Positions 30,933 to 45,387 of a stretch of 64,000 bases of DNA are shown piece by piece. Origin of the DNA: Tubulanus polymorphus (lineage: Eukaryota > Animalia > Nemertea). Under the pieces are notes generated by a model. The model did no database searches, was not told where the DNA came from, and worked only from the letters and a program-made list of their open reading frames with translations. The first letter of the stretch is position 1; each line of letters starts with the position of its first letter. The position numbers and the translations under genes are program-made. The stretch covers positions 1,794,416 to 1,858,415 of the forward strand of contig NC_134032.1 in the NCBI RefSeq assembly GCF_964204645.1, read 5' to 3'.

Positions 30933-33824
30933 CCAGTCTCCTAGTAACCCAGTCGCTCAGAATACCATGTAACCTGCGCACGGTTTTCGAATCGCGTCAA
31001 AATGAAGAACTGAATGGCACTATTAACGACGTATGGAATAAGTTCCTACACCCTTGCACTATTACCCGTATTCTAAACATGGGATGACTGGGCCCTGGCA
31101 TGCGACTAAACCAATAAAAGCGTCGCGGGAGACTCCCATGATGTAGTTTTCAGTTTAGATTTTCGGAACCGATTAAGTCGGAAAAATATCCAGTATTAGC
31201 TCAAAGAAATGCTGTTTTTCATGAAACATGAACTAAAGTGATAGTCGAACAATGAATATTATTGATGTAATTATTATAATATTGTGTGTAAATCGATCAA
31301 TCAAACTGACCAAATATAAATTCAACTTACGCAAACACGTAATGTATCCTAAACGCGACGAACAGCGCCTTCAAACGAACGACAGTCTGAAGGCGACAGA
31401 CACACTCCGGTTCGGTATGTTTAGTGTAGGTGGTCGTTGGAGCGGTGAATTGATTAGGTCTCTATTACTTCACAATGAATGCGATGAATAGACTCGGAAC
31501 TCTGGCGCGTACGAATAAAACTAGTGCATTTCTACTAAAACGAAATCGAGCGATTTGACATAACCCGCAAAGAATTCGGCCGGGAAAATTTTTTAGTGTA
31601 AAGCAGGTAATTTCTGATACAATATATCCAACTCATATATTGCAAAATCCGGTCGCTCAAAAGTCACTCGCGCTATCATGAATTCCGCGTCGGGCCGGAG
31701 CGCCATCCCGTGCCCGCCGAACTAACCTCCTCAAGTCTCCCGAGAAAACTCTACGACAAGTGTAAATTAGCGAAGGTGATATCTGTTGGATTTTCCTGAA
31801 CCATTCTCAGTGTCACCACAATCTACGAACCCAGAACCGTAATCTTCATATTATAACGATAAGGCGCCATTACGTAAAATAGTTAAACCCGATCACATGA
31901 CCAACAATTCTATTTTAACCCGGTTAATCGTCCTTGACCGATCGGATAGCCTATTTGAGATATATTTCCATTTCAGGTCTTTTGACGACCGTAGAACGTG
32001 TAATATAGTTAAATCCGAATTTGCTTTCATTCCAAATCACCATATTCAAGATGATTCTTTAGAAAAAAAGAAATTTAAATATTCTAATTTACGAATGATG
32101 TTGTTTATAAAGTCTTTTTTGAAAGGTAGCCTATTGGGGTAGCCTACCTAACATTCAAATATGCTTTTCGATTCGATAGCCGATTGAACGTGTGATGATT
32201 AAACTACGGCGCTGTTCATAAATGTCTCGGACGATTGAACCGGTTACAAGCGGGCTACAAGTCGGTTTTACATTTCATAATCCAGTTCATGAAATGAATC
32301 GATCTTTACGAGATGAATTATAATCCGGTAGAACTACTCTGAACTCAAATCCTTTAATATCGAGTGACCATATTTAACTTGAACAGAAATTTTAGAACTA
32401 TTGCGACAATAGAATATTGATTGGTCTACTTAAAACTCAAATACAAATCACTGGTCACAAATTAATACGAGGTAGGAGTACCAGGGTTCTACTGTATTTG
32501 AGTTTGCTGTAACGAAGGTCCACATGTTCAATAAGCCTAAACTAAACTAACCTAACTAGCTTCCTTTACTAACAATTAAAATGTTTGCTTACCTATTTAT
32601 GAGTAAGGCTTCACGGATTATTTTGAAAATGTATCCTTTCCTTGAAAGTCGCGGCGTCCAGATTCCACGAGTCATCTATCGGGTCAGTCGTCGGTTTAGT
32701 CAGCATGTATCGGCATCAATCAGGTCCTGGAGATCCAAAGCGAGGAAGGTGTGAAGTCCTTTGTGTGTATTCGTTGGGTTTTTTTTCGGCACGGCATTGA
32801 TGACAGTGATCAGGTCCCGAGGAGGAAGGGCTTATCCGCAAAAAATCCAACGAAACACCGTTAGAACTCCTAATTATACTCGATATATGGGCATCTAATA
32901 AATTCCCCTTTATAGTCGAGATACTTTTGGTTACTTTTTATCGTTTTCGTTTACCTAGATAGAATGTTTTGTGGCGACCGTGAAGGTTCCAGGCTGCGGG
33001 TTCGAATCCGGATACAGATTAGCAGTTATCCGAGTAATTCTACATTTTTGTCGAAAATGCGACTGAACTGAATAAATGCGAGATATAGAATCTCGACGAG
33101 TCTTTCATAAGAATATTTAGGCTGAATTGTCGAACCGAAAAGTCGGAACATTATCTAGTATTTCCTGCGTCCATTTAATCCAAGAATCTCAGCTTTTTAT
33201 AGTGAATGTAAATGAAAATGGAACAACATTGATGGTTAAGCTACGTGTACCTTAAAATGAAAACTTAAAACTCGCCAAATATAATTTCAACTTACAAATA
33301 TGTTCTGTATCCTAAACGCGACGAACCGCTCCTAGCACCGAACATCGACGAAGGTCTGACCAGATATCTGGTCACACACTCGCGTTTAGTATATTTCGTA
33401 TAGGTGGTCAGCGGAGCGGTGAATTTAATAGGTCTATATAACTTTACAATAGAGCTGAAGAGAAGCCGCGTTAAGCCGGCGTAGAATCAGAAAACGAACA
33501 GATTAAAACCCATTCGCCAGTTAACTTCATCGAGTAGATGTTGGTTGTTGGTGTTTTCTGACCAGATTGTGACATTTTATTTCGGCAAAGAATCCGCTGC
33601 TAGGAATTGTGCAAGTCGAATGAAGAGAATCAACGTCGGTTTTCGCAGACGAATCGTCATTTCAGTCGCTCACTGATTATCAGGCGCCATCTAGCGCCTA
33701 TGCACGATAAGAACGCGTGACGTCATGACCAACGACCGTACGCTCCTGCTGTTAGATCGGTTATAGCTTTGCTACTATAAATACATTTCAACCATGAAAC
33801 AATGAAGAATATACTGTATTTGAA

Positions 33825-34253
33825 GGGATATCACCTCACCTGGTGAGGGGATATCACCTCACCTGATGAGGGGATATCACCTCACCTGATAAGGGGATAT
33901 CACCTCAACTGATGAGGGGATATATCACCTCATCTGATGAGGGGTATATCACCTCACCTGATGAGGGGATGTATCACCTCATCTGATGAGGGGATATCAC
34001 CTCACCTGGTGAGGGGATATCACCTCACCTGATGAGGGGATATCACCTCACCTGATGAGGGGATGTATCACCTCACCTGATGAGGGGATATCACCTCACC
34101 TGACGAGGGGATATCACCTCACCTGGTGAGGGGATATATCACCACACCTGATGAGGGGATGTATCACCTCATCTGATGAGGGGATGTGTCACCTCATCTG
34201 ATGAGGGGATATCACCTCACCTGATGAGGGGATATCACCTCACCTGATGAGGG
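33825..34253. repeat. 23-25-bp quasi-palindromic minisatellite GGGGATATCACCTCACCTGATGA, ~18 copies
   Basis: Direct inspection. Confidence 0.95.
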
Positions 34254-36494
34254 TCGAGGAGTCACTGGGCTAGACACGAGAAAAAAATTGAAAAAACAGC
34301 ATTTTTGATTTAAAAAAAAAATTATTTTTCTTACGTCAATTCAATTAACAAGACCCATGAATTAAAACTATGGATACGAGACAACATAAACTTAACATTT
34401 TTTAGGATACGTAACTTCGATGTTAAGTGGCTTCTTAGAGACTGGGTATATAAACATATATACAAATACAACTCCGGGCTTATCATCGTCGTTCCTTCTC
34501 TGCACAGATTTAGCTAACTTGTGATAAGTTTCCTGATCCCCATGGCCATTTGCAAAGTCGTAACGCGAGTCTAACAGTTTTTAAATCTTAAGACTAACCT
34601 TAATTTGAGAGATTATCTAAGATATTGTCTAGTCATAACTGTTGAACTGGCTCCAGTGGACTTCAATCATCGATAAACATCACTTACGTACAATATAACG
34701 ATTATGAAATGACTAAACGGCAAAGGGTTACTACCAACCAAATTTCCGCATTTCAAATCAACTAATTTTAGTGAATTTGTATGTTGCACCACGGACACTG
34801 CTACTTTGTTGGTTTCCCCACGATATGATAAGAATTGCCCATTTTCTGTTGACGAACTATCAATCGAAATGGCGCTTAGCCACAAATGATGACATTTTCT
34901 TCTTGAAAGGTTGTCTAAGATTATGATTCGTTTCCTAATGAATCGACGCGTTTTTTTCGACGACTTCAATGCACGTTTCTTATTATAGCTCTACTGAAAA
35001 GACCGCAAACTTGGTCGTGGAGATTCAGTCTATATATCGCAGCACACATCGAGATGATAGAATGAATTTCTTATAGCTTGTATAAGAATATTTAGGCAAA
35101 ATTGTCGAATCGAAAAGTCGGAATATTATCTAGTATTTCCTGCGTCAATTAAATCCGAGAATTTCAGCTATTTTATAGTGAATGTAAATGATGATGGACC
35201 AATTGATGGTTAAGCTACGCGTACCTTTCTGAAAAATTACTTATAGCTTATTTCTCGTATCTTGAAAATAACGTATAGCCACCCATTTTACAAATATATA
35301 CAACACGACGGATAAGCTTCGGTGATTGTGGTATCACCGTGTTGTTGCTAAACGCTAATTAGCGCCTTCATTTACATCCGGCCGATAAAAGCGACCGATG
35401 CTTAAATTATTCGGGTATTTGAATTCAAACAGTAGTGGTTCTAGGTGAAGGGGAGGTCGATGCATGATCCCACATTTGTATAGCCAACCATATAATTTCT
35501 TTTTCAAAAAGAAAGTTTGCTCAAAAGTAACCAGAAAAGCACTTCGAGCGGGTATTTTTTTTTCAAATCATTTGCGGGGGGACCAGTAAACCCCTACACA
35601 AAATTCCTCGATCGGCCCCCGTTAGAAATAGGTGCCATTTTGAATACGATTAGCGACAATATTTTCCACGCACCTCAAATTCGCGCCCGGTTTCAAGATG
35701 GCCGACCAAAATACGTTACGACCAAATCATAGTGCGTTCGGTTATTATCCGGAGAGTTAAATCATAATGGCCGTTTATCTAATTTAGACATGTTGGCAGT
35801 TGATACACAAGTCTGTAAATGGTATCACCGAGTTTTTGCCACCGGTAGAATATGGTCTTAGCTTGCCGGTTAGATTTCTGCACCGGACTTTCTATTCGTT
35901 AAAACCCGAGAACAGCAACCGGAAGCTAAACATTTTTTACACCGACGCTTAACTTCATCGTAAAAATAAACATTATAATGGAAAAATCGATTCTATTCAC
36001 ATATACATCAAAACATTATTTAGTGGCCAATATACATAATATCTATATAATTTACATTTTCTTTTCTATTCAGAGTTCTCTTGACCGGAAGTAAGGGCAT
36101 TTCTCGGTAACAACACCGAGCCACGTGTATAAGCACTACAGGTTACATAAACGACCAATCAGCGCTCGTTTTACACGCTAACATACACGGCGATTGGTCG
36201 ATTGCTGAAATACGCCTAGACGAATTAGCGACGCGTTTAAGATCTTGCAACGCGTCTGTTCTAAAAGGATCTGTTGCGCAAGATCTATTCCCGTGGGTGA
36301 AGCACGCACTTGCCTACAAGAACGTGCGTCACATTAGATATATTGACACCTACGGTATATACAACGCGTGGGGTGCTGTTTGTTAGTTCCAGTAAAATCT
36401 ATTTTTTGACAAAGGAATATTTCTGCTTTCATTTCACATTCAACAGACAATATAGTAACATGACATTTAGTGACAATACAGTTCATTTAGAGAG

Positions 36495-36633
<139 letters not shown>

Positions 36634-36642
36634 CAGTTTGTA

Positions 36643-37983
36643 TTACACCGAGTCCTCTTGTCGACCGTAGATTTTCAAGTAACCGTTTTTACCGGTCCGC
36701 ATTTCGGCCGCGGACGACGAACCGGACGCGTCGGCGTTGTTCGTAGCGCGTAGACTGGTCGCCTGCGTGCAGACGCTGGCACGCGGGCGCGCTCCGGGCG
36801 CCGATTGGTTACTGGCGGCGGCGGCGATCTCGGAGAACAGGCCGTCCGTCTGATTGGCCCGGTTATGCACGCATATGCAGAACAGACGTTTGAAAGTCTT
36901 ACGGAATTTCGTGCTGAACATACTGTACAGGATAAAGTTAATGGCGGCGTTTATTTGAATGAGTAAGTTTGTAAAGTTGCCCGCGATGCGGCGGTCGTTG
37001 TCTTGGCGAACGGTCAAGTCCTGTTTCCTGATAATCTCCGAGGATTTCATGAGTAACATGATCGCAGACGGTAGCTGGCAGATCAAGAACACGACCACGA
37101 CGCTGATGAGCATCACCGTAATTCGCTGTTGTTCCTGTTGGTGGCGCTCGCGTCGCGCGTCGCACGTCGACACGTCGACGCATATCATAGTCTTACGCGC
37201 TTTGTTGGCCTGCATCACCGAGTGTATGAGCAGCGAATTGAACACGGCCAGTAGGAGAAGCGGAATGAACGTGAACAGGGCCGTGTTGATCCAAAAATAG
37301 CCGATCTTCGCCAGCATCGTTCGGTAGGCGGTAGCGGCGAATTTGGGCGGTATGGTCGCGTTGGTTTTTCGGTCGACCAGTCCGTAGACGCATTTGTGCT
37401 CGAAAAAGTCCGGCAACGTGCACAGAAACGACACGCTGCACACGGCCGCTATGATCCACTTCGCCCGTTTGGTCGTGCAGATCACGCGGCCCTTCATCGG
37501 GTGACGCACCGCTATGTATCGCTCCGCGGTGAACGTTAACGTTAACCAGGTGCCCGTGTTGCTGAAATAGTTCGCCATGCAACGAACGACCGGGTAGAGA
37601 TTACAGAAAAACAAATTCAACTTCACGGCAGGGAAAGTCCGAAAGAACATGACAATAGATAGAAATAGGTAGAGAGTGTCTTGTAGAGCTAACATCGTCA
37701 GATAATAGTTCGTACTAGATCGCATCCACTTGCGGGTCAATACCGTCATGTTAACTACATTACCCAGAATTCCGCAAATGTCCACGAACACGGCTATCGG
37801 ACGCACGACTAACCGGACAGTGGCCAGTAGTTCTTTGGACCTCCGTTCGGCCTCGTCAGCGCTCATGTCCGAATCCGGATACATGTGCGATAGGTTGTAG
37901 TCGGCGCTGCCCACGCTGTAGTAGATACTTTCGTTCAACAGGGAAAGTTCGGGGGTGACGGCGAAATTGACCCCGGCCGTCAT
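36643..37983 (-). CDS. Class A neuropeptide GPCR, FMRFamide/sex-peptide-receptor-like (446 aa, single coding exon)
   Basis: [48 protein letters not shown]. Confidence 0.93.
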   Translation of the reverse strand: MTAGVNFAVTPELSLLNESIYYSVGSADYNLSHMYPDSDMSADEAERRSKELLATVRLVVRPIAVFVDICGILGNVVNMTVLTRKWMRSSTNYYLTMLALQDTLYLFLSIVMFFRTFPAVKLNLFFCNLYPVVRCMANYFSNTGTWLTLTFTAERYIAVRHPMKGRVICTTKRAKWIIAAVCSVSFLCTLPDFFEHKCVYGLVDRKTNATIPPKFAATAYRTMLAKIGYFWINTALFTFIPLLLLAVFNSLLIHSVMQANKARKTMICVDVSTCDARRERHQQEQQRITVMLISVVVVFLICQLPSAIMLLMKSSEIIRKQDLTVRQDNDRRIAGNFTNLLIQINAAINFILYSMFSTKFRKTFKRLFCICVHNRANQTDGLFSEIAAAASNQSAPGARPRASVCTQATSLRATNNADASGSSSAAEMRTGKNGYLKIYGRQEDSV

Positions 37984-38480
37984 CTCGAGCGCGTAGAGAG
38001 TCGTTTGAATCTAAATGCTAAATATAGTTTTATTCCGAGCAATAGCGACACGTACAGAGGCTACTAGGATAGACAGATCGGGATCGGCTGCTGGAGGGTT
38101 AACAAACTCGCATCACACCGGACTGTTTGTATGAAAGCGTTGAATCACGTTGAGTGTCTCTTAGGGTTCTGTCCTCCCTCTATGGTAGGATTCGACTACG
38201 AATCCGTGAAAATCCGAACAAATCCATCCTTCCAAGCGGAAAACCCGTGATTTCACACGTCAAATCGAGGTTAGAAAGCAAATCTTCGCGATGAGTCAAT
38301 CCCGGATGATTTCCTCGCTTACCAGCGACGCTGTTCAGTCGGTGGCGGCTTTCAGCTCCACCGATGATGCGTAGCTTTCAGGTCACTTGCGATATATCGC
38401 CCCTAATGGCCGAGAATCGCAGACATCGTTGAAGAATCCTATAGGTGGCGCATCAGTCGTCGTTTTCAATGTTTTTATCG

Positions 38481-38511
38481 CTAAAACGAGAAAGACAGAT
38501 GAACAAATTAG
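38481..38511 (-). other. Candidate splice acceptor for the GPCR coding exon (5' UTR intron)
   Basis: Minus strand reads CTAAT branch-like motif, polypyrimidine TCTGTCTTTCTCGTTTT, then AG, ~500 nt upstream of the ATG. Confidence 0.5.
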
Positions 38512-39599
38512 AATCTTTTTCTAAAAACAAGTTTCCCTACACTCGACCTCGTGACCAAAGCCGTATATATGGAAATCTGATATCCCATCTAAAACTTGGC
38601 ACAACTTAGTTTACAGAGGCCGGTTTTATAGTCTGAAATTAACCCGAGCGCTAACTTAATTCATTTTCGATTGAGTTAAAGATGATACCGAACCGGGCAT
38701 AGGTGTATTGGAGACGTAATATGACTTATTGTAATGAGATGCTTGCATGCATTCGCGGTAAACTGTACAACCAACGTTATCGACACCAGTTTGAAATACA
38801 GTTCAGATTTCGGATTTTTATCAAATCATTATTACTTTTGAATATATACCGTTGATGTACGTATGGTGTTTGCCCCTTTTGCGCGACGGTTATATGTTTA
38901 TATACTCAAGGTCATCGTGGAGCCGCGTTCCTGACCAGAAATCTCATCATTTTTTTCTACATTCAATTTTCCCCGGACCGTCGAAGGTCGTTATGGAGCC
39001 TTGCTCTTCGCCGGAAATTGGGTGCTAGCCGTCGGCCTGAGTGCAGTATTAACCGACAGTGCGCCGGCTGTCAGTCCGATGACAAACTGCCCGCGTCGGG
39101 GTCAATCGTCGCGTAATTGCTAAGATTAACGCGGATTAATCAGGATTTGCTCCACAATGCGCGTTAATCCGGGATTACAAGGACCTGTTAGGAGATATCA
39201 AGAGGTCCTGTAATCATCCCTTTTCCTGCAACACGAAGCGACGACCGAGTTCTAAACAAAATGCGCATCTTCAACTGATTACCGCCGGTAACGGTTGTTT
39301 AATCAAACGACCTCGACCTTTATTTACACCCGGACTCACGCGCGAATTAATCCGCCCTAGATTGAAGTGTCGCCCGTCTCCCGCGCTGTTTCTTGTCGGT
39401 TGTCTACTGAGCGACAGCGCCCAACCCCTTTAACGTGTAATCTTTAAATCATTCATTGACATTAGACTTCACAACAGCAGGTGATCAAAGATTTGATGAA
39501 AAAGATATGGAGACGGCCGTGGTGGTATCGTAGTAAAAAGTATATCTATCATTGATAATGATGATAAAAATAATGTTAGTAAAATATAGCGCAGGTGTC

Positions 39600-39855
39600 C
39601 TAAACGGAGGCCAGTTCAAATGTTAGCAAGCTAGTCTCCATATAAACCATTTATCAGACATCTCTCCCTGGGGAGATGTAACATCCGAGCAGCTGCTGGG
39701 CGCTCAGGAGTCATCTATCAGACCAGGTACACATTAACTCCTGGGTGGAGCGAGGTAATGAGGACCGAAGACACTACGGTAATATACGGGGTGCGAACCC
39801 CACGACCTGCACTCCCAGAGTCAAACGCTTTAACCACTCGCCCAAACCGCTCACT
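39600..39855 (-). mobile_element. tRNA-derived SINE-like element
   Basis: A-box-like GGGCGAGTGGTTAAAG and B-box-like GGTTCGCACCCC on the minus strand. Confidence 0.55.
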
Positions 39856-40463
39856 CAACTTAGTTAGTATTAGTTAATTGACTAGGCAGTTATCCTTTCT
39901 GCAAGGTTCATAAAATGATTCCATGGGCAATCTTTTTTAGGAAGTTATTCTCCTGGAAGGATCTTCGTAAATTGATGATGTCATGATATAAAGGGATTTT
40001 CGGAACCAGTTTCTGGATGGGCCATTCGCCTGGTAGTAATTCATGATGTCATAGGGGGATATCGAATCAGCTGCATCATTTCTGTCGTAGGGAGATTCAA
40101 GTAGTGCAGGAAGTCAGTGGTCTGATTCGAGATCTCAAAGCACGATGGGTATTCTGCGGAGGGGCCGACGTCATTGATCACGTGATCAGCCAGGCAGCCA
40201 TCTTGTTTTTCAGCGGTTTATCTAGTAGATAGCGATTTACCAGATCAGTGGTACGACACGGGTATAAGGTTGACATACAGCTCTGCTGATCCGAGGGTGA
40301 CAAGGAGGCGGACGGATAATCATCAATCTTGCTCAAACGACCAATATATAATCGATTACATTAATCTGTATCATTACTTTGCGGAAGAAGGAATGAAAAA
40401 AAAAACAGAAATGTGTCATTGAAATGCAGGACCAAGTTTCAGAGTTCAGAGTTAAATTTCAGG

Positions 40464-41228
40464 AGAGGGAAGGAGAGAGCCAGGAGGGCCAGGAGAGGGA
40501 GGAGAGAGGGAGAGGGAGGAGAAGGGAGAGGGAGAGCCAGGAGAGGGAGAGGGAGGAGAGGGAGAGGAGGGGGAGGGAGAGCCAAGAGAGGGAGAGGGAG
40601 AGCCAGGAGAGGGAGAGGGAGAGCAAGGAGAGCATGAGCCAGGAGAGGGAGAGGGAGAGCCAGGAGAGGGAGAGTGAGAGCAAGGAGAGGGAGAGGGAGA
40701 GCCAGGAGAGGGAGAGCAAGGAGAGCCAGGAGAGGGAGAGGGAGAGGGAGAGTGAGAGCAAGGAGAGCCAGGAGAGGGAGAGGGAGAGGAAGAGCAAGGA
40801 GAGCATGAGCCAGGAGAGGGAGAGGGAGAGCCAGGAGAGGGAGGGCCAAGAGAGTGAGGGAGAGGCAGGAGATGGAGGAGAGGGGAGATGGGGAGTCAGG
40901 AGAGGGAGAGCCAGGAGAGGGAGAGGGAGAGCCAGGAGAGGGAGAGGGAGAGCCAGGAGAGGGAGAGCCAGGAGAGGGAGAGGGAGAGCCAGGAGAGGGA
41001 GAGCCAGGAGAGGGAGAGCCAGGAGAGGGAGAGGGAGAGCCAGGAGAGGGAGAGGGAGAGCCAGGAGAGGGAGAGGGAGAGCCAGGAGGGGGAGAGGGAG
41101 AGCCAGGAGAGGGAGAGGGAGAGCCAGGAGAGGGAGAGGGAGAGCCAGGAGAGGGAGAGGGAGAGCCAGGAGAGGGAGAGCCAGGAGAGGAGAGCCAGGG
41201 GAGGGAGATGGAGAGGGAGGAGGAGAGG
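40464..41228. repeat. Purine-rich (GA) minisatellite, units GGAGAGGGAGAG(GGAGAG)CCA
   Basis: Direct inspection; reverse-complement array at 58347-58982. Confidence 0.95.
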
Positions 41229-41882
41229 CACAGAAATATAGTGAGATATCTCCGAGGCCAATCCGTATTTCTTTTCGTTTGCCAAGAGGGTTTTGTATAT
41301 ATAAGGCAAGGATTCATTAGTTCATATCACATGAACGCGTGGAAATGGCGGTGTCAATTATGGTCGGATTCTCAAACGGAGGCGAGGCAGTTTTCTATGT
41401 TCGGTAGGAGTCGACCGCGTGAATTCTATACGCACAGCGATATTCAAGCCATTCGTCCTTCATGTATATATTCGAGTTTCATCAGAGGAGTTATTTACAT
41501 TCTGTTAGGGCTTTAGATTCATTTCCAGGGTTCTGACGTGGGCGAGTTCCGTACAAATTTTGTCTGCCACTAATTTTTTCTGGGATGGTTGATTAACCTT
41601 TGGTCGCAATCGCGCGAAGGTGTAAAACAGAAGCCATACGACCGCGGGACTGGATTCTCATAGTCAAATCAAAGTCAAACAGTCAACCGTGTTTCTAAAA
41701 ACGATGTGGCTATAAACAGTACGTGACCGTAAGGTGATCTCCACGGGCTTGGCGTACGTGCGTAGGTTAGCGCACGCGCAATGCAGCAGAATTCTGACTT
41801 GCAATATTGGGATTCGAAACAAAAAGAAAAAATATCTGATGGCAGACCAGCGCTTTACCCACTGAGCCACAGAACACAGCCA

Positions 41883-42010
41883 CGCCGACGTTACGCCGAC
41901 GCTACGCCGACGCTACGCCGACGCTACGCCGACGCTACGCCGACGCTACGCCGACGCTACGCCGACGCTACGCCGACGCTACGCCGACGCTTCGCCGACG
42001 CTACGCCGAC
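41883..42010. repeat. 11-bp tandem repeat ACGCCGACGCT
   Basis: About 11 copies. Confidence 0.95.
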
Positions 42011-44602
42011 GAAAAATTCATTTATAACATAGCCTCGCCTAACCCTAATCCTATTCTTTCACGCGTGCGCGTACGTAGTCACCTACGGGTAGCCACGTTG
42101 AACTAAAAGTGGCCCGGAGTCTTATCAAACGCACACGGCCGTGGAAATGGAGTTCAATTAAACCCATGTAACATTGTAAGTAAATCGGGTTTAGAAATAA
42201 CGCCCGAAACTGTCGAACCAGTAATACAATTTTTTTGTCATTCTAAGTACGCCAGAATTAAACGGCCGGTCGAGAATATATGAAAACAAGAAAAAAATCG
42301 AGACATCATTTTTCATAGATCATAAAAGCTGATAGGAAAAGTGCAAGCGATAAACGGAGAGAGAGATGGATGGACGAGCTTGAGAGAATGCACCGTCTGA
42401 TGTTTGTTATCGACTCTTACCGCGTTAAGTATAGCCACCCACATAATATCTCTGCAATATTCCGTGTCTAATACTTCGTAAAAAAAGCCAGACAGTCTTT
42501 TTTCTTTTCGTTTTTCGTTTTTCCGAGAATTTATATCCCGCTTATTTTTTTCAGACCCGATAACCCACTCCCTGTCCATATACCGCTGACCACGCGATAG
42601 AAAGGCTCGCAATTCCGTTTTAGTTAGAAGTTTTCCTCCACCGCCAACCTTGAAAGATTCTGGATATAGATTTTGACACCGTTAAAACCGTTACAATAAT
42701 ATTTATATACATTGATACCTAATATACGTTAATGAAGGGGTTCAGCGCGATTCAATGCGCACTACGTCATCAATATTGGCGTTCCAAATAACAATTACAA
42801 TTGTGAATTTTGGCGTTTATTTTGTTTTGTAATTGATTCTATTTCATAAAAGTCTTATTTTATCTTCAATAGATTCTAATAATAATTTTAGAAAAAAGTT
42901 GTGTACTACGTCATCAATATATCGGGGATAGACTGGTTGCCGCTCAATTCAATTCAATTACCGATATTCGAATCCGAAACAACTTTATTGATCCATCAGA
43001 TTATGTAATCGCATTATCTATTGTCGACGATATTAAAAAAATCCGCATGTTCTTTTTGCAAGCGTCGACAAACTTTCAACTTAGTTTGCTTGTTTTCCTT
43101 CTGGGCGCGATATTAATGGAACGTAGGGAATTTTTGTCCAGATACAAAGCGTGCTGTAATGAAAACACGCGGCGTCCCGCAGCGCGCAGTCGATATGTTA
43201 AACGATAGTGTCGGATAGCGTGAAGTACGGACGTTATCGGCGTGTATTTCTATATGTTAACCTGACAGCTCTATCAATCCTGCGTATCAATATTGTGTCT
43301 CTCTCGCCTAGGGGGGAGAAAATGTTTTCATCATCGCAAAAATAATCCCCGAGCCTTCGAAACGAATTATGCCGCGTAAACAAGAGACTTAAGGGGTATG
43401 GGAAGATAGGGACGTGACAGGGTTGGAGACTTATATATGGGCGAAGAGAAAACATGGGCGATTGGAAATCAGGGCCGCACCTAGCGTTTTTGGGGAGGGA
43501 GAGAAATCCGAAAAAAGGGCAGTTCTAAAGGACATAAATTTTTGCAAGAAAGACATAAATTTTTGCAAGAAAGACATAAATTTTTGCAAGAAAGAGCATT
43601 TTTCGAAAATTTCTTGGTTTTTATTTGAAAATTTGATTGGATACAGTAAGATTTGATATTGTTTAAAACTATCGATTATAACCCCACCCCCCACCTCGCT
43701 AAATACAGTCCTGGAATAAGCCTGGATCGTTCAGGAGATGGGCGGGGTGCAAAAGAGGGTTTGGAGATGGAAAGGGTTGATGATATGAGAATATGTTCGT
43801 AGAACGCGAAGGGGAGTGTGTCAGTGGAGCGCGGGGAGGAGGAGGCGCGGAAGATAACCTGACGCGCGAAATAAATATCAACGCGAGGTCAAGGTCATTG
43901 TCTTGAATCAACGGTTATTCAAGGTTGAAATTGAAAACAAACAAAAAAACGAATTCAAAAAACGTACACCCGAACCTCCGAGCCAAACGTGAAGATTGAT
44001 TTCAATTCGAGTTTAATTAACAGCTTTTTGGCGGCTCTCGACCCGCACGCGCCGATTCGAAACTTTCCAGTTACAACGAAAAAAAAATCTTTCAACGGTT
44101 AAGAACACGATCGGTAACGAAGCGAAACGATTTAAATATCGTACGTGTCGGACCCGTTTCTGCGTAGTGGTTCTGAAACTTCTCTATCAGTTCTACCGAT
44201 TTGCTGTTGTTCAGCCCTCGCGTGTTCTCGGAACGTTTACAGATGGTTTTTTTTTAGTGTTCAGTTATATCGAGTGGAGCCTAATGCAGACGAGTTTTAA
44301 ATTCCCCCCGAAAGCTACAACGTTTCAGCGAGATTTATTTACGGATTTTTGTTGCATTCGAACGCGATTTTCGCAACTGACATGTTCTAAATTAGGAGCG
44401 GCTCTTTAAGTGTGGAGTCATGTTATCACGAATATGAAATTTACCCCGTGACCCATACTTCAAACATGCTGAAATAAGACCCCGAAAATCGATTGATTTC
44501 ATGTCGGATGTATAACAAACTATCGATTATATCTACCGCGGTACGTCGAGGTCCCCTCTATGCTAAAACTTAAAACCAGAAAATAAGATAAAACCCCACT
44601 AT

Positions 44603-44642
44603 CGTCTGACGATGATCTCTAGGGTGAGATCGAAACGTCGTG
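44603..44642 (+). ncRNA. Hammerhead-like motif inside a short inverted-repeat element (44583-44724)
   Basis: CUGACGA-U-GAUCUC(UAGGGU)GAGAUC-GAAAC-GUC; stem I weak; flanked by ATAAGATAAAACCCCACTATC / GATAGTGGGGATTTTATCTTAT. Confidence 0.55.
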
Positions 44643-45387
44643 TCTTATATATATTTTTGATTGAATAGATAAATTCTTGTTTTTAAATTCTTTTAATCCG
44701 TAGATAGTGGGGATTTTATCTTATTATCCGTTTACCACGTTTGAGTGTGGTTATCGTTCTATCAAAACCGGAAATTTGATTGAATACAGTAAGATCTGAT
44801 AATGTTTAAAACTATCGATTATAACGAAAGTTATCTACCCGCACGATCGACCTAGATTCATCCTGAAACGAAACTTAGACCCAGAAATTCGATTAAGTAC
44901 TATAATACTTAAGATAATCAAAATACTTAAGATATCGGGTAGGATAGCCATCGTACACTCGCGACGTTGACTACGGATGATAAGTTCGAAGCCCGCGAAT
45001 ATAAAAAAGAGTGAAAACTGAATCCTATTTATCAAGAATTCAAATCAAAATATGCGACGTTTCGAACTCTCAAAAGAGATATTCGGTAAAAAACCATATT
45101 AATCTTTTAAATTCTGCGTAACAGTGGGTTTTAATTATGATTATCTTTTTAGCGACAATTTATATCATTATTATCACCATTATTATTACAATTATTATTA
45201 TTACTATTATCATAATTTCAAGCGAACTCGTATATAGGCTGCCTGGGATAACGAAATAAAAACGTGTAGCATTGAAAGCCATTCCGCGGCGGCGCGTCAC
45301 TTGATTAGATCTCTCAAAAAGTATATACGTGTAATACAGTAATTACGTGTATGTATTTTCAGCGACAAAGAATCTGTGTATATAAAA

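Noticed and set aside
30038-30981. Ser/His/Pro-rich ORFs up to 303 aa
   Set aside because: Open frames produced by the 16-bp minisatellite
33825-34253. Repeat containing CTGATGA (hammerhead core) and a palindrome; CRISPR-like length
   Set aside because: No GAAA half of the hammerhead core and no spacers; simple minisatellite
34667-34969. 100-aa ORF possibly from a retroelement N-terminus
   Set aside because: No diagnostic motif recognisable by eye
40413-41516. Collagen-like GEP, ER-rich and RG-rich ORFs (likewise 50205-51043 and 58283-59054)
   Set aside because: Stop-free GA/CT minisatellites open in all frames on both strands; no coding evidence
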